Shown: one piece after another, positions 37,151-48,689 of the stretch
Layout of the letters: each line of letters starts with the position of its first letter
How positions within the stretch are numbered: position 1 is the first letter of the stretch
NCBI GenBank assembly: GCA_965113315.1
Contig: OZ220371.1
Length of the DNA stretch: 63,865 nucleotides
DNA from: Podarcis vaucheri
Lineage: Eukaryota
Reading direction: 5' to 3' (one strand)
Position numbers and translations under genes: made by a program
Notes under the pieces: model-generated
The model's database searches: none
Told to the model about the DNA's origin: nothing
What the model saw: only the letters and a program-made list of their open reading frames with translations

Positions 37151-39245
37151 AGAGTTTAACAGGAAGAACTAGCCTACTATGCACCCTCGGTTTCGTCTTT
37201 TCTTACTACTAAACATAACATTTAAGAAATACAAATCATTCAGAAGTATATGATGTTAATACTAAACTTTTGAATGAAATTCCCTACCACTAAAAGAAGT
37301 TGACTAACACCAGAAAGAGAACCATCCATTCCCCTCAATTTAACATTTCTCTGCAGGGTATATTTTTGTGGATGGGGCACTGCTACTGCACACACTTCTA
37401 GTGATAAAATTACTACAGGTGAGGTTTAAAGAATATTTGCTGACAGGAACTTTATTATTGGAACAGGAACCTTAAAAACATTACCAGTCCAAACCACAGC
37501 ACATGTACTACAATTTGTATAGACTTCCTGTCCATGTGGCCTTGACCATTGTATTCAATGGAGGAGTCAATTTTGCATGTACCAAAGAATCAATACACAA
37601 CCATCCATAAAAAGATGCACACGCAAACTTAGAAGAGTTGGCTGAATTGGGTCAACTGCCGAAATCAAAAGATGTATATAGATGGTTTATAACTGCAGTA
37701 ATTTTTATTAGCCGGAAACACACATTCAGAGAGAAAACTGCAAGTGAATCTGATTTTTAAATCCGTATTTGAAATCTTATACTATTTGATCATCATATTA
37801 GTACAACTATTATATGGCACAAAGCATGCTCAAAGCTATGTTCAGCATAAAGGCCACATGAAGAAGGAACTTAAGGACATTCATAGAAATACATTTCAAA
37901 ACCATTTCATTTCTACACATTTAATAAACATTGTATCAAAATACACAAAAATCATACATGAGATTAACGAAAAATAAAGTCAAAGGAAAATTGTTCCCTG
38001 CACCTTTATCATAATTCATATTTCTAGTCAGTCAAATTCCTTACAAGTTTTCTATTTTAGATTTATATTCATGAATTACATAATTTTAATAAGTGCATTC
38101 TGCAAGCCGAAAGAAATCAGTCCTCTTTTGGTAACAGTATTTAATTCCAAGCCAAATCAAAAGGCCTTAAGATGTGGGAATCAATGCCTGACTATCTATA
38201 GTTAACTCACCAGTGACGAAAATTCTTCAGTCCCATCCAGACATAGTCTGCTCTTTGCCATAACCTTTTAAGATCTGAGCCAGGGATATGTCTGTCTATC
38301 CATCTGTATCAATAGGGATGCTTTTATTTCATATCTATATAATGTGTATTGTCCCACGCTAATATTGATTGAAGGAACTCAGGCAAAGCAGTGTCAGCTT
38401 TTATTCCTACAGGGAAACCACTCAGCTGAATGGCAAGGCACTTAAGGTCAAATCAGGATTCATCTCACTTTGTTGCTATGCTATATATAAACTGTGCAGA
38501 GAAAATGCAAAGAAGAAAAAGAACCTTTACAGGTATGCTCAACACTATCAATTTTAAACCCTCCCACACTTATTGTCCCACCAACATTTCTGTGGTAAAC
38601 CCATCCAGTGCATTCCATTGAAATATTGGAAGTGATGAAGCCATCAAGCACCAAAGGGGAACACTTTTAAAGAACAGGTATTGGACATATGGTAATATGC
38701 ACACATTGCTTTAAGATGATAGTAAGAGTATGCACAGAGAGTCTGGGATATAGACAACTTTAAAAATAGACAAATTATTGGCAAATAAGTAAGAACCACT
38801 GATATACCTGTTAAATAGCAATCAAACCATTGCACTCAAAGGAAAAACAATTAATTATGAAATCATGACACAAGCAAATGCGACCAGTTATGATATCCTA
38901 AGAACACTCAGTCACACCCGGTTCCTGAACTTTCAGTCCATTGATTGAACCTTCAGCCTGATTCTGAACAATTCAATTTTTATTTTTACATGTTGAACAT
39001 AAAAGACAAACAAGCCCAGAATGTGGAAAGTCAATGAGAAATATATTAGAACAGAGCTTGGGGACAACCCGTACAGCTAGAAAACTGCAATGTTTGTGTA
39101 CTCCAACTAATATTCCATTTTATAGATAAAAGGATACTATTTCTGGAGTGTCTTCAGCAGCTAGACAATTTTAAGATCAGACACTCTACAAATAATTAGC
39201 ACCTGAAAAGCCTAGTTGGACTAGGAGTTGCCATACAGGTGAGAC

Positions 39246-39749
39246 CAGGGGTCAGCAAACTTTTTCAGGAGGGGGCCGGTCCACTGTCCTTCAGACCTTC
39301 TGGGGGGCCGGACCCACCCTCCCCCGAAAGGACCCCCCTGCCCGCCACTCAAGCCACAGCCGCCACTTGTCTTTGGCAGCGTCGTCATCCTCTGCCTCAG
39401 CCAGTGATCTGCGGGGCGCAGAGCCCATGATGCTGGCCTGGGCAGCGGAAGCAGCCTCCCCACTGCCACCGCTTCCTCCCACTTGGCTCTTGGCCATACG
39501 TGGCCACCTCAGTGGGAAGGAACGGGTGTCACCCAGAGGCATCTGTGGCTTCAGATTGGCTGCAGGAGCTTCCTGCAGCTAATCCAAAGCCATGCCAGCG
39601 TCACAGAAGTCAGTCCCCACGCAGCGAGGCCTCCACATTGCGACGGTTTAGCACAGGGACTGACCGAGCGGGTGGCAGAGTCTGCAGGGCCAGATTTACG
39701 AGCCCGGTGGGCCGCATCCAGCCCCTGGGCCATAGTTTGCCGACCCCTG
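39246..39749. mobile_element. Non-autonomous hAT (Charlie-like) element
   Basis: TIRs CAGGGGTCAGCAAAC / GTTTGCCGACCCCTG. The 8-bp flanks GGTGAGAC / ATTGAGAC match at 6 of 8 positions. GC-rich interior. Confidence 0.85.
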
Positions 39750-40761
39750 ATTGAGACCAAACACACACACACGCTTGACAATTCAAAGACAAAACTGAAT
39801 GAGAAAATTTATCGAAGAGGTAGATTTAATTCCTTATAAGGAAATAAAGGTCAATGATAATTACTCCCATTGGATGGTACCCAACTAAATCATCCTCCAA
39901 ATAGAAGCTTTTAAATAGGTCTGCTCTTCGTCAGACACCACCCAATGATTTCAATAAAGTGTCACATTTCTGGAAAAACTTAAAAAGATAAATGGGGAAG
40001 GAAGGTCCCCAAAAAGTTAAGAAATGGCTCGCATAAGCAAGTTATTAGTTTGTTTTACACTTAGTGTTTTATTTGAGAAATGTAGCCTCTGTAGGCAGTT
40101 GTGTACTTTCTACTGATCAGCTTCCTCATTCTATTGCATATTGCTCAAAAACATAGAGTAAAATCATCATAATGGACACTACTCTTTCTAAGACTGCACA
40201 AATACCAAAGTGTACTTTCACTATTATGTAATGAATCAATATGTGCTACTGATGGCTAAGGGATATCAAAGTCCCCATAGCTCAAGGAATGGCCCTTAGC
40301 TCTTGCCAAATTATACACTTCACAGTAACAGATTTGCTAGTGGAATATTTTTCCATTTTACTGTTGATGCACTCACCAACGCTCTGAGAAAGGAAGACAA
40401 ACAGCTAAATTACTGAACAGGATTTTACATCCACTGTAATAACAAAAGAACTGTGAAGGTTCTAGGAAATGGGTCAGGAGAGTGGAGCTGTCCAGGATAT
40501 AATCATGAGTAAAGAAAATGCCCATTTCGTAAAAATGAATGTGTCATAGTAGCATTAGTAAAGGGAGAGGAAGAACATTAAGTTTATGACTGTGACAGTT
40601 TCAAGTATATAATGCAGCAAAAGAAAAATAAATGAATACTACAGTCATACAGCTGAATTTCTACCCTAACACTTTGCAATGATCTATCAGGGTGCAACAT
40701 CAGAGTAGCGACTCTGATGACACCACACTGCACGCTAAGAATTCAGTTGTTAGGACATGTA

Positions 40762-41010
40762 CAGTGGTACCTTGGTAATTGAACACCTTAGTTGTTGAAC
40801 AAATAGGCTCCTGAATGTCGCAAACCCAGAAGTGAGTGTTCCGATTTGCAAACATTCTTTGGAAGCCGAACATCCAGCTTGCTTCCACAGCTTCCGATTG
40901 GCTGCAGGAAGCTCCTGAGCCAATCAGAAGCCACGCCTTGGTTTTCAAACCATTTTGGGAGTCGAACGAACTGCCAGAACAGATTAAATTCAAGGACCAA
41001 GGTACAACTG
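40762..41010. mobile_element. Tigger-type MITE (distinct interior)
   Basis: TA|CAGTGGTACCTTGGT ... ACCAAGGTACAACTG|TA. Confidence 0.87.
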
Positions 41011-42759
41011 TATTAAAATAAGGTTACCAAAATACTTTAGCATAAAATTGCAACCACTTCATTAACCATTTTGCTTAACTAATCAACTTATTGTTCCCAG
41101 TATACATGTTTCTCGTTTTGTGTTGGGAGTTGCTGAAATCTGGCGGCGGCAGCAGCGGGGGGAGACAAAGCAGTGGACAAAAACTGATGCTCTTTCTTTT
41201 TTGTCCATAACACTCCCCCCCCCAAACTATGGTAAAGTATACCAAAGGTATACCTCTGAGCTTTATGCTTTGAGTCTTCCCTGTATTTTCTCAGTGGGTT
41301 TCAGATTTAACAATTCCAACTATTGTTTATGTACCACTTTATAACTACCAGCAGGTGTTTGTGTATTTATGTGTTGTGTGTGTGTGCTTCTCTTCAATGA
41401 GAAAACTGTACTATAGTAGCTCTAAAATATTTGTCTGCATGTAGTACGGTGATAGGGTGCTTTTAAAAAAACAGGTGTAAAAGAACTTATGGAAGTTCTC
41501 TCAGATTTTCTAAAAAGAATTGTGGGGTGTGTGCACAATGGATAGTCCATTAAAAAACAACCTGCTTTTTCGATGACTTACATATTTGGAAAGCAGTGCA
41601 AAACTTACGCAAAAACAAATCATCAAAACCATCTATTTCTATAATCAAAGAATCTGAAAGAAAGGGGGTGTAGCATTAGAAAACCAATGACTTCAGGCCA
41701 CAGAAACTGAATTGGTTAATGACTAGGGAATGTGGCAACAGCAACACTAGAACCACACATTACTGAAATTATTGCTGCAATTTAACATACATTTAAGTAA
41801 TGGGCAAGCACATGGTCACAGTCAGTCTTTAAGACTCAAAAGGCAGACTTAGGATAGGCTTCTCTAGGGGTTTGGACAGTTCTACCATTAATCTTCCAAG
41901 ACACATGGGACAAATGCTTCCTGCTGTTACCTTGCAGCAAAAGGTAGGCATCCACTCAGGCGAAGCTGAGCGAGAAGAGAAACGTATTTTCAATTGGTTC
42001 AACAGTTCTGTTCACAATGGAAAGGTACACAAGGCACGATTACCGGTACCTACTTAGGAAAATATTGTTTGGGACAGACATGTTGTGTGTTTGGAAGTGA
42101 GTGGGAAGTAATTACAATAGTATTAAAGAAAATGGCAGATTTTGCTTCTTAACTCTTCAGTGGCCGGAATAACAAAGCTGGCCTTCAGTCAAACCTTTCA
42201 TTTCAGCAAAAGCTTATTGCCAAAGCATGAAAAATGTGAAGCAACTATGATAATGTTCAGAAGCTTGAACCATATTCTTAAAAAAAACAAACAAACAAAA
42301 AACAGCCTCAGGGTGAAACTAGATGTTCTGCACACACATTCTGCAGCCCACATTTGTCAAGGTAATGGGAATGCATGGCCAAAGGAGAGCATAGGGGGGG
42401 GAACTGGTATTTAAGACTTCCCAAGTCCACCAGTTTATCCCTGTAAATGCCCCCTCCCTCAGCTATTCCTCTCCCTCAAACAGGCCTTTGGGGGGGGCAC
42501 TAAAGCCAGGCTTCATTAAAAAAAAAATAATCAATTAAAATCAGCCTGGAAGGCATTTTCAGAGAGTAATTGGTAGGCAGAAGAAAGGATTATATATTGC
42601 CCGCCCACCCAGCCACCTATTTTGCTTTGTTAGTGCACTTTTCTCCACCCCACCATTACAAGGACATAACAGAGTTGGAACCCTGTATTATGACTATGCC
42701 TAGCTCCACCCTAAACACCAAGCTAAATCTATGTGCAAATCAGAAGTCGCTTATTAGGA

Positions 42760-43520
42760 CCAGCTGCTTAGAAGATAGTGAACCCAAGGCCCACATTGAA
42801 ATGTCATTTTACCTTCATAAACTTCAAAGAAGCCGGTGCGCGGTGTAAATATTGACAGGGAACTTAAGTTCATCAAGCTGTTCAGCTGTACAACTTCCAT
42901 TTCCCCCCAAAGGGCTAGCAAAGGAGCACTGCTTAGCGCACTGCACCCATACAGTATAAAGACTTATTGTGCAAAAGTCAATATATCATCTCAAGATGAG
43001 AAAAAAAAATCCCTGAGCAACCCTAACTATAATCCGTAATTGTCATTAAGAGCTCTCATTATACAGAGCAAGTGTAATTAGAGCATCATGCCCTCACAGG
43101 ATGCAGTGCACAGAGAATGCTAGAAGGCTTCATAAATCAGCGCCAGTCTCCTCCCCTTTGCCACAAGAGAAAAATATTATATTTACATACGTTAGATGAG
43201 AGAAAAGGCCAGTTGGTCCCTACAAAAATTAGCCTAAACGCTATCCACAATATCTTGTTGGGCTCCCCATTTCATTATGCATCTCAGAAAATAAAAGGGA
43301 TAAAGTTTGCCATCAATAATTCTGAACGTTATCTGCTGAATCCCGCAGATTCCAGAGCATTAATAATTCAAGATCTTGTGGGAATTTTGTCATGGTGGAG
43401 CTACAACTTGTCTGCAAACGGAGCTCAGGGGATGTTCAATATGATCTATTCCAGCATATGTGCACAATTGCTACATTCATCACGATGCAAGGAAAACATT
43501 ATCTTTCTTCAACTTACGGT
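42760..43520. promoter_or_regulatory. Candidate conserved enhancer block
   Basis: No recognisable repeat. TGTAAATATTGACAG, TAATCC, TAATTG and TAATTA motifs, with retained CpGs. Conservation was not tested. Confidence 0.45.
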
Positions 43521-44175
43521 TTTTAAGAAGATGTTTTTGTAGTTTACACAATAAAACCTCCTGAGCATTTAAAAAAATAAAAATAAAACCCAGGGTTTAA
43601 GCACATATTGCTATTTAAATCATGCTAAAAAAGAGCCACTGTCTCTCTGGGTATACACTCAGTGCCTGGGTCTTGTGTTTTTTCACAAATGAGCAATTTG
43701 GGTGATTATACAGGCATCGTAAAATGGAACGGAAAAAGAAAGTAATCCAATTGCATAGCATGGCCATGCAACATGGTATAATCATAATAATAGTACACAA
43801 AATGATGAGGCTAAAACAGCTAAGGAAATGTTCGAGGATTTAACTAAGATAATGCTATTGAGCTAACAAAACTGCTTACAAATTCACAGTGACATACTTG
43901 CACTTTAATTTGTTTTGCACAAATTATGTTATGCACCTTTTTCATACTTAAATTGTGGCAACGTTTTGTGGTAAGACAAACTTTTTACAAAAAACTTTTT
44001 TTTTATTCTGTGCCACCTTGTTCTTACATTGTTTCAAGGCAACAATTCTAAAAAACACTTACTAGTAGTAAGTCTCACTGAACAGAGCAGAACTTATTTT
44101 TAATAAAGCATGAATCAAATTATGTTTGTTCCTCATTCATTCAGTGTAGCAGTAGAATGTGTGCTGTTCTTTATA

Positions 44176-44418
44176 CAGTGGTTTTGGTTTCTGAACTTAA
44201 TCCTTTCCGGAAGTCCGTTCTTAAACCAAAGCATTCCAAGGCATGCTTTCCCATAGCAGTGGGGGACTCAATTTACAAATGGAACACACTCAACAGAAAG
44301 CGGAACACGTTCTGCTTCCAAGGCAGGTTCACAAACCAAAACACCTACTTCCGGGTTTGCAGTGTTCTGAATCTAAGTTGTTCATAAACTAAACTGTTCT
44401 TAAACCAAGGTACCACTG
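44176..44418. mobile_element. Tigger-type MITE (distinct interior)
   Basis: TA|CAGTGGT... and ...AACCAAGGTACCACTG|TA, with subterminal GTTCTTAAACCAA repeats. Confidence 0.83.
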
Positions 44419-45802
44419 TACTTAAATTTTATCCAAGTTGTTACCCTTGTGTGTATCAGAAAATAACTGCTTTTTAGCCTACTGAATAGATTGCCACAGT
44501 AAGTTTGTGCTTTGAATTCCACCTTCTCAAAGCACTTTGAGAATGTATATTATTATTAGCACTAGCAATATTTTGCACAAAGGACACACATCTTTCCTAT
44601 GGGCTCCTTGACAGAATATGGCCAGAGCCTTTGCAATGCAGAGCTTTATGCTGCCAGAGATATACAATGGGGCACAACTTTCTAGAGGTTCTTAAACTGG
44701 AATGCTGCACATTCCTCCACTGCTTTTGTAAAGAAAAAAAATCACTTTACTCTGAGCAAAAAGTTAAACTGGGAGGTATAAGTAGTACTGAGCTTTGGCA
44801 AGTGGCTACTCACTTTTCATACAGGAGTTTGCAAGGACTCTGTACTGGCTGGCACCTGTCTGTTTCAGGAGACAACAGAGGAGTGTACTGGAGTTAACTG
44901 AAGTATGATACAGTAAGTTTTAATACTTTGCAATTATGAGGGCAGGCCACCTCCTAAAACTTATTTGCTTTACTAAACTGCTCTACTGCTTCAGATTCCT
45001 CCATATACCCACTTACCCCAGTCTGCTCCTCTCCAGATGTTTTGGACTACAATTCTCATCATCCCTTACCACTTGGAGATTATGGGAGCTGTGCCCTCAT
45101 GATCATGTGATGTAAATTATAGAATACCCTGAACACCTTGTCAATTCAGATAAAAGAGCAAAAAGCCTCTTTATCAATGATTAGGAACCAAAGTATTCTT
45201 TGTCCCAGGAGAACCATCTCAAAATGCTATTTATCCCAGAGCTATTCTCAAATTATTTTTTCAGAATAAAAATATACGGGTTTTTAAGCATGTGTCCTCA
45301 GGAAAGAGGGGGCATCTGTTCTCTCCACAGTCTCTGCAATAACCTTTTACCCATATTTCACAGATGGCCTCCTTTTCACTGTCCCTTGGCTATGATTCCA
45401 TAACTTGTACCTGGTTCCATTCATTTACATGTAAATTACAGGGGAAATGATAGATTAGAAACCTTAAATTATTTACTCCTGCCCTTTGCTCCCACCAAAC
45501 TCACAGCTGAAGATGAGCCAATGCATACATATCTCCTCTTGTTTTCTTTGAGCACAGTATACAGTCTGATCACCTCGTTTTGCATCCTGAGAGCTGTTCT
45601 GCCATATTCCATAAACAAAAGCTTTCTTTCAACACAAATAAACTAAGCCACAAGGGGCCTTCCTCAGAGTTGCAGGTCTCATATTCAGGCAGCATATTTG
45701 CAGGTTCGCTAGTTTCTGAAACCAAGGCTACTGATGTGCCCCATCTTGGTTGAGTTACGGGCATGTAAGAAAATGGAAAGCAGAATATCATGGAGCAGAA
45801 TA

Positions 45803-46378
45803 CAGGCCTACCTCATTTTATTGTGCTTCGCAGATGTTGAGCTTTTTACAAACTGAAGAATTGCAGGAGTTGCTGCTGCTGGGCTGGAGACAAGGCTGCA
45901 GGAGCCTGCCCCCGCCATGCAGCGGCTCCTGCTGCTCCTTACAAGGACGCGGGTGCAGCTGCAGGTAGCCTGGCTGCTTAATAGACCACAGCATAGTGTA
46001 AATGTAACTTATACAGTGGTACCTCTGGTTACATACTTACTACCGGACGTACGTACGTAACCTCTGGTTACGTACGTACTACCGGAGGTCCGTTCTTAAC
46101 CTGAAACTGTTCTTAACCTGAAGCACCACTTTAGCTAATAGGGCCTCCCGCTGCTGCTGCGCCGCCACTGCACGATTTCTGTTCTCATCCTGAAGCAAAG
46201 TTCTTAACCCGAGGTAATATTTCTGGGTTGGCGGAGTCTATAACCTGAAGCGTATGTAACCCGAGGTACCACTGTATATGCATTGGGAAACAAAACAAAA
46301 AAAGTGTGACTTTATTGTGATATTCACTTTATTGCGGTGGTCTGGAACGGAACCCACAATAACTCCAAGGTATGGTCG
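45803..46378 (+). mobile_element. Internally deleted Tigger1-like pogo transposon
   Basis: Starts TA|CAGGCCTACCTCATTTTATTGTGCTTCGCAGAT and ends CTTTATTGCGGTGGTCTGGAACGGAACCCACAATAACTCCAAGGTATGGTCG|TA. Both ends resemble the recalled Tigger1 termini. Confidence 0.8.
46014..46274 (-). mobile_element. Tigger-type MITE, family A copy 3 (inverted, nested in a Tigger1-like element)
   Basis: Reverse complement of family A with a TA TSD. It interrupts the 45803-46378 element. Confidence 0.9.
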
Positions 46379-47419
46379 TACACGCTTCTCAATTTTCTCA
46401 GCTTTACAGAATTATTGTGGATTTAACTAAGTATTAGTTAGAATATTGGCTAGGAAAGTGGGACAAATAGGTACAAATCCATGGTTGCTCATGAACCATG
46501 GCTCTGGTTATATCACTTTCTCTCAGCCTAACACACTAAAGGAACAAAATGAATCCCATGTGCCCTTCTTCAAAGAACAGGGCACAAACCATGACTCAGC
46601 ATGACTGCAAAGTAAATCACAGCTTTTTAGCAATGGAGCTTGTTCTCTTGAGGTAACAAGCAAGCCGTGGTAGGAGTCTGCATTACCCACAGGGGACAGC
46701 TTGCAGTCTGATGCCTTTTAATGTTGTTTTATACTCTTTTTTTGTCATGGTTATATTATTTTGTACCACTATCCGATAACTTGTAAAAGCCTCTGGCTTT
46801 AACAAGTAAACAATTCAATTGTAAATTTATTCCCATAAACATCTCACCATTACCTTGAGGCATATTCACAACAAGGCAAGGTTTAACTGATCTGAACTCT
46901 GATTAACCAGTGCAGCTGATAAACAAGCATTTGGGATGCAGGGTCTACAGTCCTAAACTCGGTTAACTAGAGAATAAATCCCAGGGAAATATACTGGAAC
47001 TTCTGAATAAACCTGCTTAGAATTGTACTTTTAAGGGACCTGATGACTTGCATGCACTGATTCCTTCCATATTTCTATTAATTCATTCAATGCTATTTCT
47101 AAGCCACCAAGTGCTCCCAGGGTAGGAATACAATAATAAGCCAAGTCAGTACAGTAAAACCATAACCTTATATAAATTAAAATATCAAAAAATATCCTTA
47201 AAATATGCAACTAGTAGCTGGTGACAAACAGCTGCAGACTGAATGGCTCATTATAGACCACCCCTTTACTCCCCCCCCCGCAAAGACATGTGTGAAGAAG
47301 TGTGTCTTCACCAACCAACGAAAAATCAGAAATGTCAGAGCTAGACAAGCCTCCAAGGGAACAGTATTCCAGGGATGGGATACTGCTGTAGGGAAGGACC
47401 TTTCACGTGTTCTCAGGGA

Positions 47420-47484
47420 CAGTTCACCCAGTAGTACAGCAGGAGACTCTTAACCTCAGGGTCATGGTTCAAGTCCCATATTGG
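47420..47484 (+). mobile_element. tRNA-Lys(CTT)-derived SINE head, degenerate
   Basis: GAGACTCTTAACCTCAGGGTCATGGTTCAAGTCCCA resembles the tRNA-Lys anticodon and T arms, but the acceptor stem is lost. Confidence 0.65.
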
Positions 47485-47900
47485 AAGGGATTCTAAGGGT
47501 CATCTAGTCCAACCTCCTGCAATGCAAGAATCTCAAGTAGATCATACATGACAGATGGCCATCTAATCTCTTTAAAACCTCCAAGGGAGTCCACCTCCCA
47601 AGGGAGTCTGTTCTTTCTTACCATCAGAAAGTTCTTCCTGATGTTTAATCAGAACCTCCATTTTTGTAACTTGAAGCCATTGGTTTTGGTCCTACCCTCC
47701 AGAACAGGAGAAAACTAGCTTGCTCTATCTTCCATGCAACAGCCTTTAGACATTTGAAGATGGAAATAATAATACTATTTATACCCCACCCATCTAGCTG
47801 GGTTGCCCCAGATTTCCTCTCAGTTTCCTACTATTGAGGTTAAATATAGCAGCTCCCTTAACCGTTCCTCAGAAGGCTTGGTTTCCAGACCCTTTATCAC
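47481..47900 (-). mobile_element. CR1 LINE 3' fragment, interrupted by a short L2-tail-like insert at about 47764-47810
   Basis: TTGGAAGGGA...GGTCATCTAGTCCAAC and AGAAAGTTCTTCCTGATGTT are reverse-strand CR1 3' motifs. Confidence 0.8.
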
Positions 47901-48562
47901 CACTAGATTAGGAAGATCTGGTCTCAAATTCCCAGACAGCCAGGAAGCTTGCTCCTGGTACTATCTCTCAGTTTACCTACTTCATAGTGTTGTTGTGATG
48001 ATAAAAAGGACAGAATAACCATGCATGCTGCCATGAGGCAGGATACGTGCAATAACTAAAGGTTAATAACTATTCCACACATCAACAATGGAGTAAAGTG
48101 TGGAACTTGACCTGAGGACCATAGGCAATCAGACAAGAATGTTGTGTGAACTCAGTCAATTCACCTAAATCTAGAACATGTAAAGAGCAGTTGCTTTTAT
48201 CAACATAATAGCTTATAGGTTAAAAGACAGGGTTGATCAGCTAAAACAAATTTGAAACAGCTGACAACTGCACTTGTATACATTTACATTAACTATTTTG
48301 GATCTGAACACAGAATATTAAACATATTTCTTATAGATCTTTTATTTAAAGAAAATATTCTTTTATTCCAATCAGTTATTCCAATCTAGCAAGGGTCATC
48401 TGTGAATGGATGTAGCACACATCCATGTAGGTTTGGTAGGCCTCTGTAAACGGAGTGTGCTTGTGCAAAACAGTACATGTTTGGGATAAACCACCCTGCA
48501 ATTCACTTCTTGGGGTTGCACCTGTTCCCTGGCCATTCTGGTCCATGCATGCATTCCCTAAC

Positions 48563-48689
48563 TCAGATGTGGAACAAGTAGTCCTCCAGATGATGTTGGA
48601 CTCCAACTCCCATTATCCTTGACCATTGGCTAGACTACTGGAGTTGGCAGCTCATAAACATCTGGAAGGCCACAGGTTTACCACCCTTG
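48563..48689. mobile_element. Degenerate palindromic hAT MITE
   Basis: CCTCCAGATGATGTTGGACTCCAACTCCCA ... ACATCTGGAAGGCCACAGGTT. Confidence 0.7.

Noticed and set aside
39221-39839. GC/CpG-rich patch as a CpG-island promoter or gene
   Set aside because: It is almost entirely contained within hAT TIRs, so it is transposon interior.
47420-47484. Functional tRNA-Lys gene
   Set aside because: The acceptor stem and D-arm are decayed and there is no poly-T terminator. It is a SINE head remnant.
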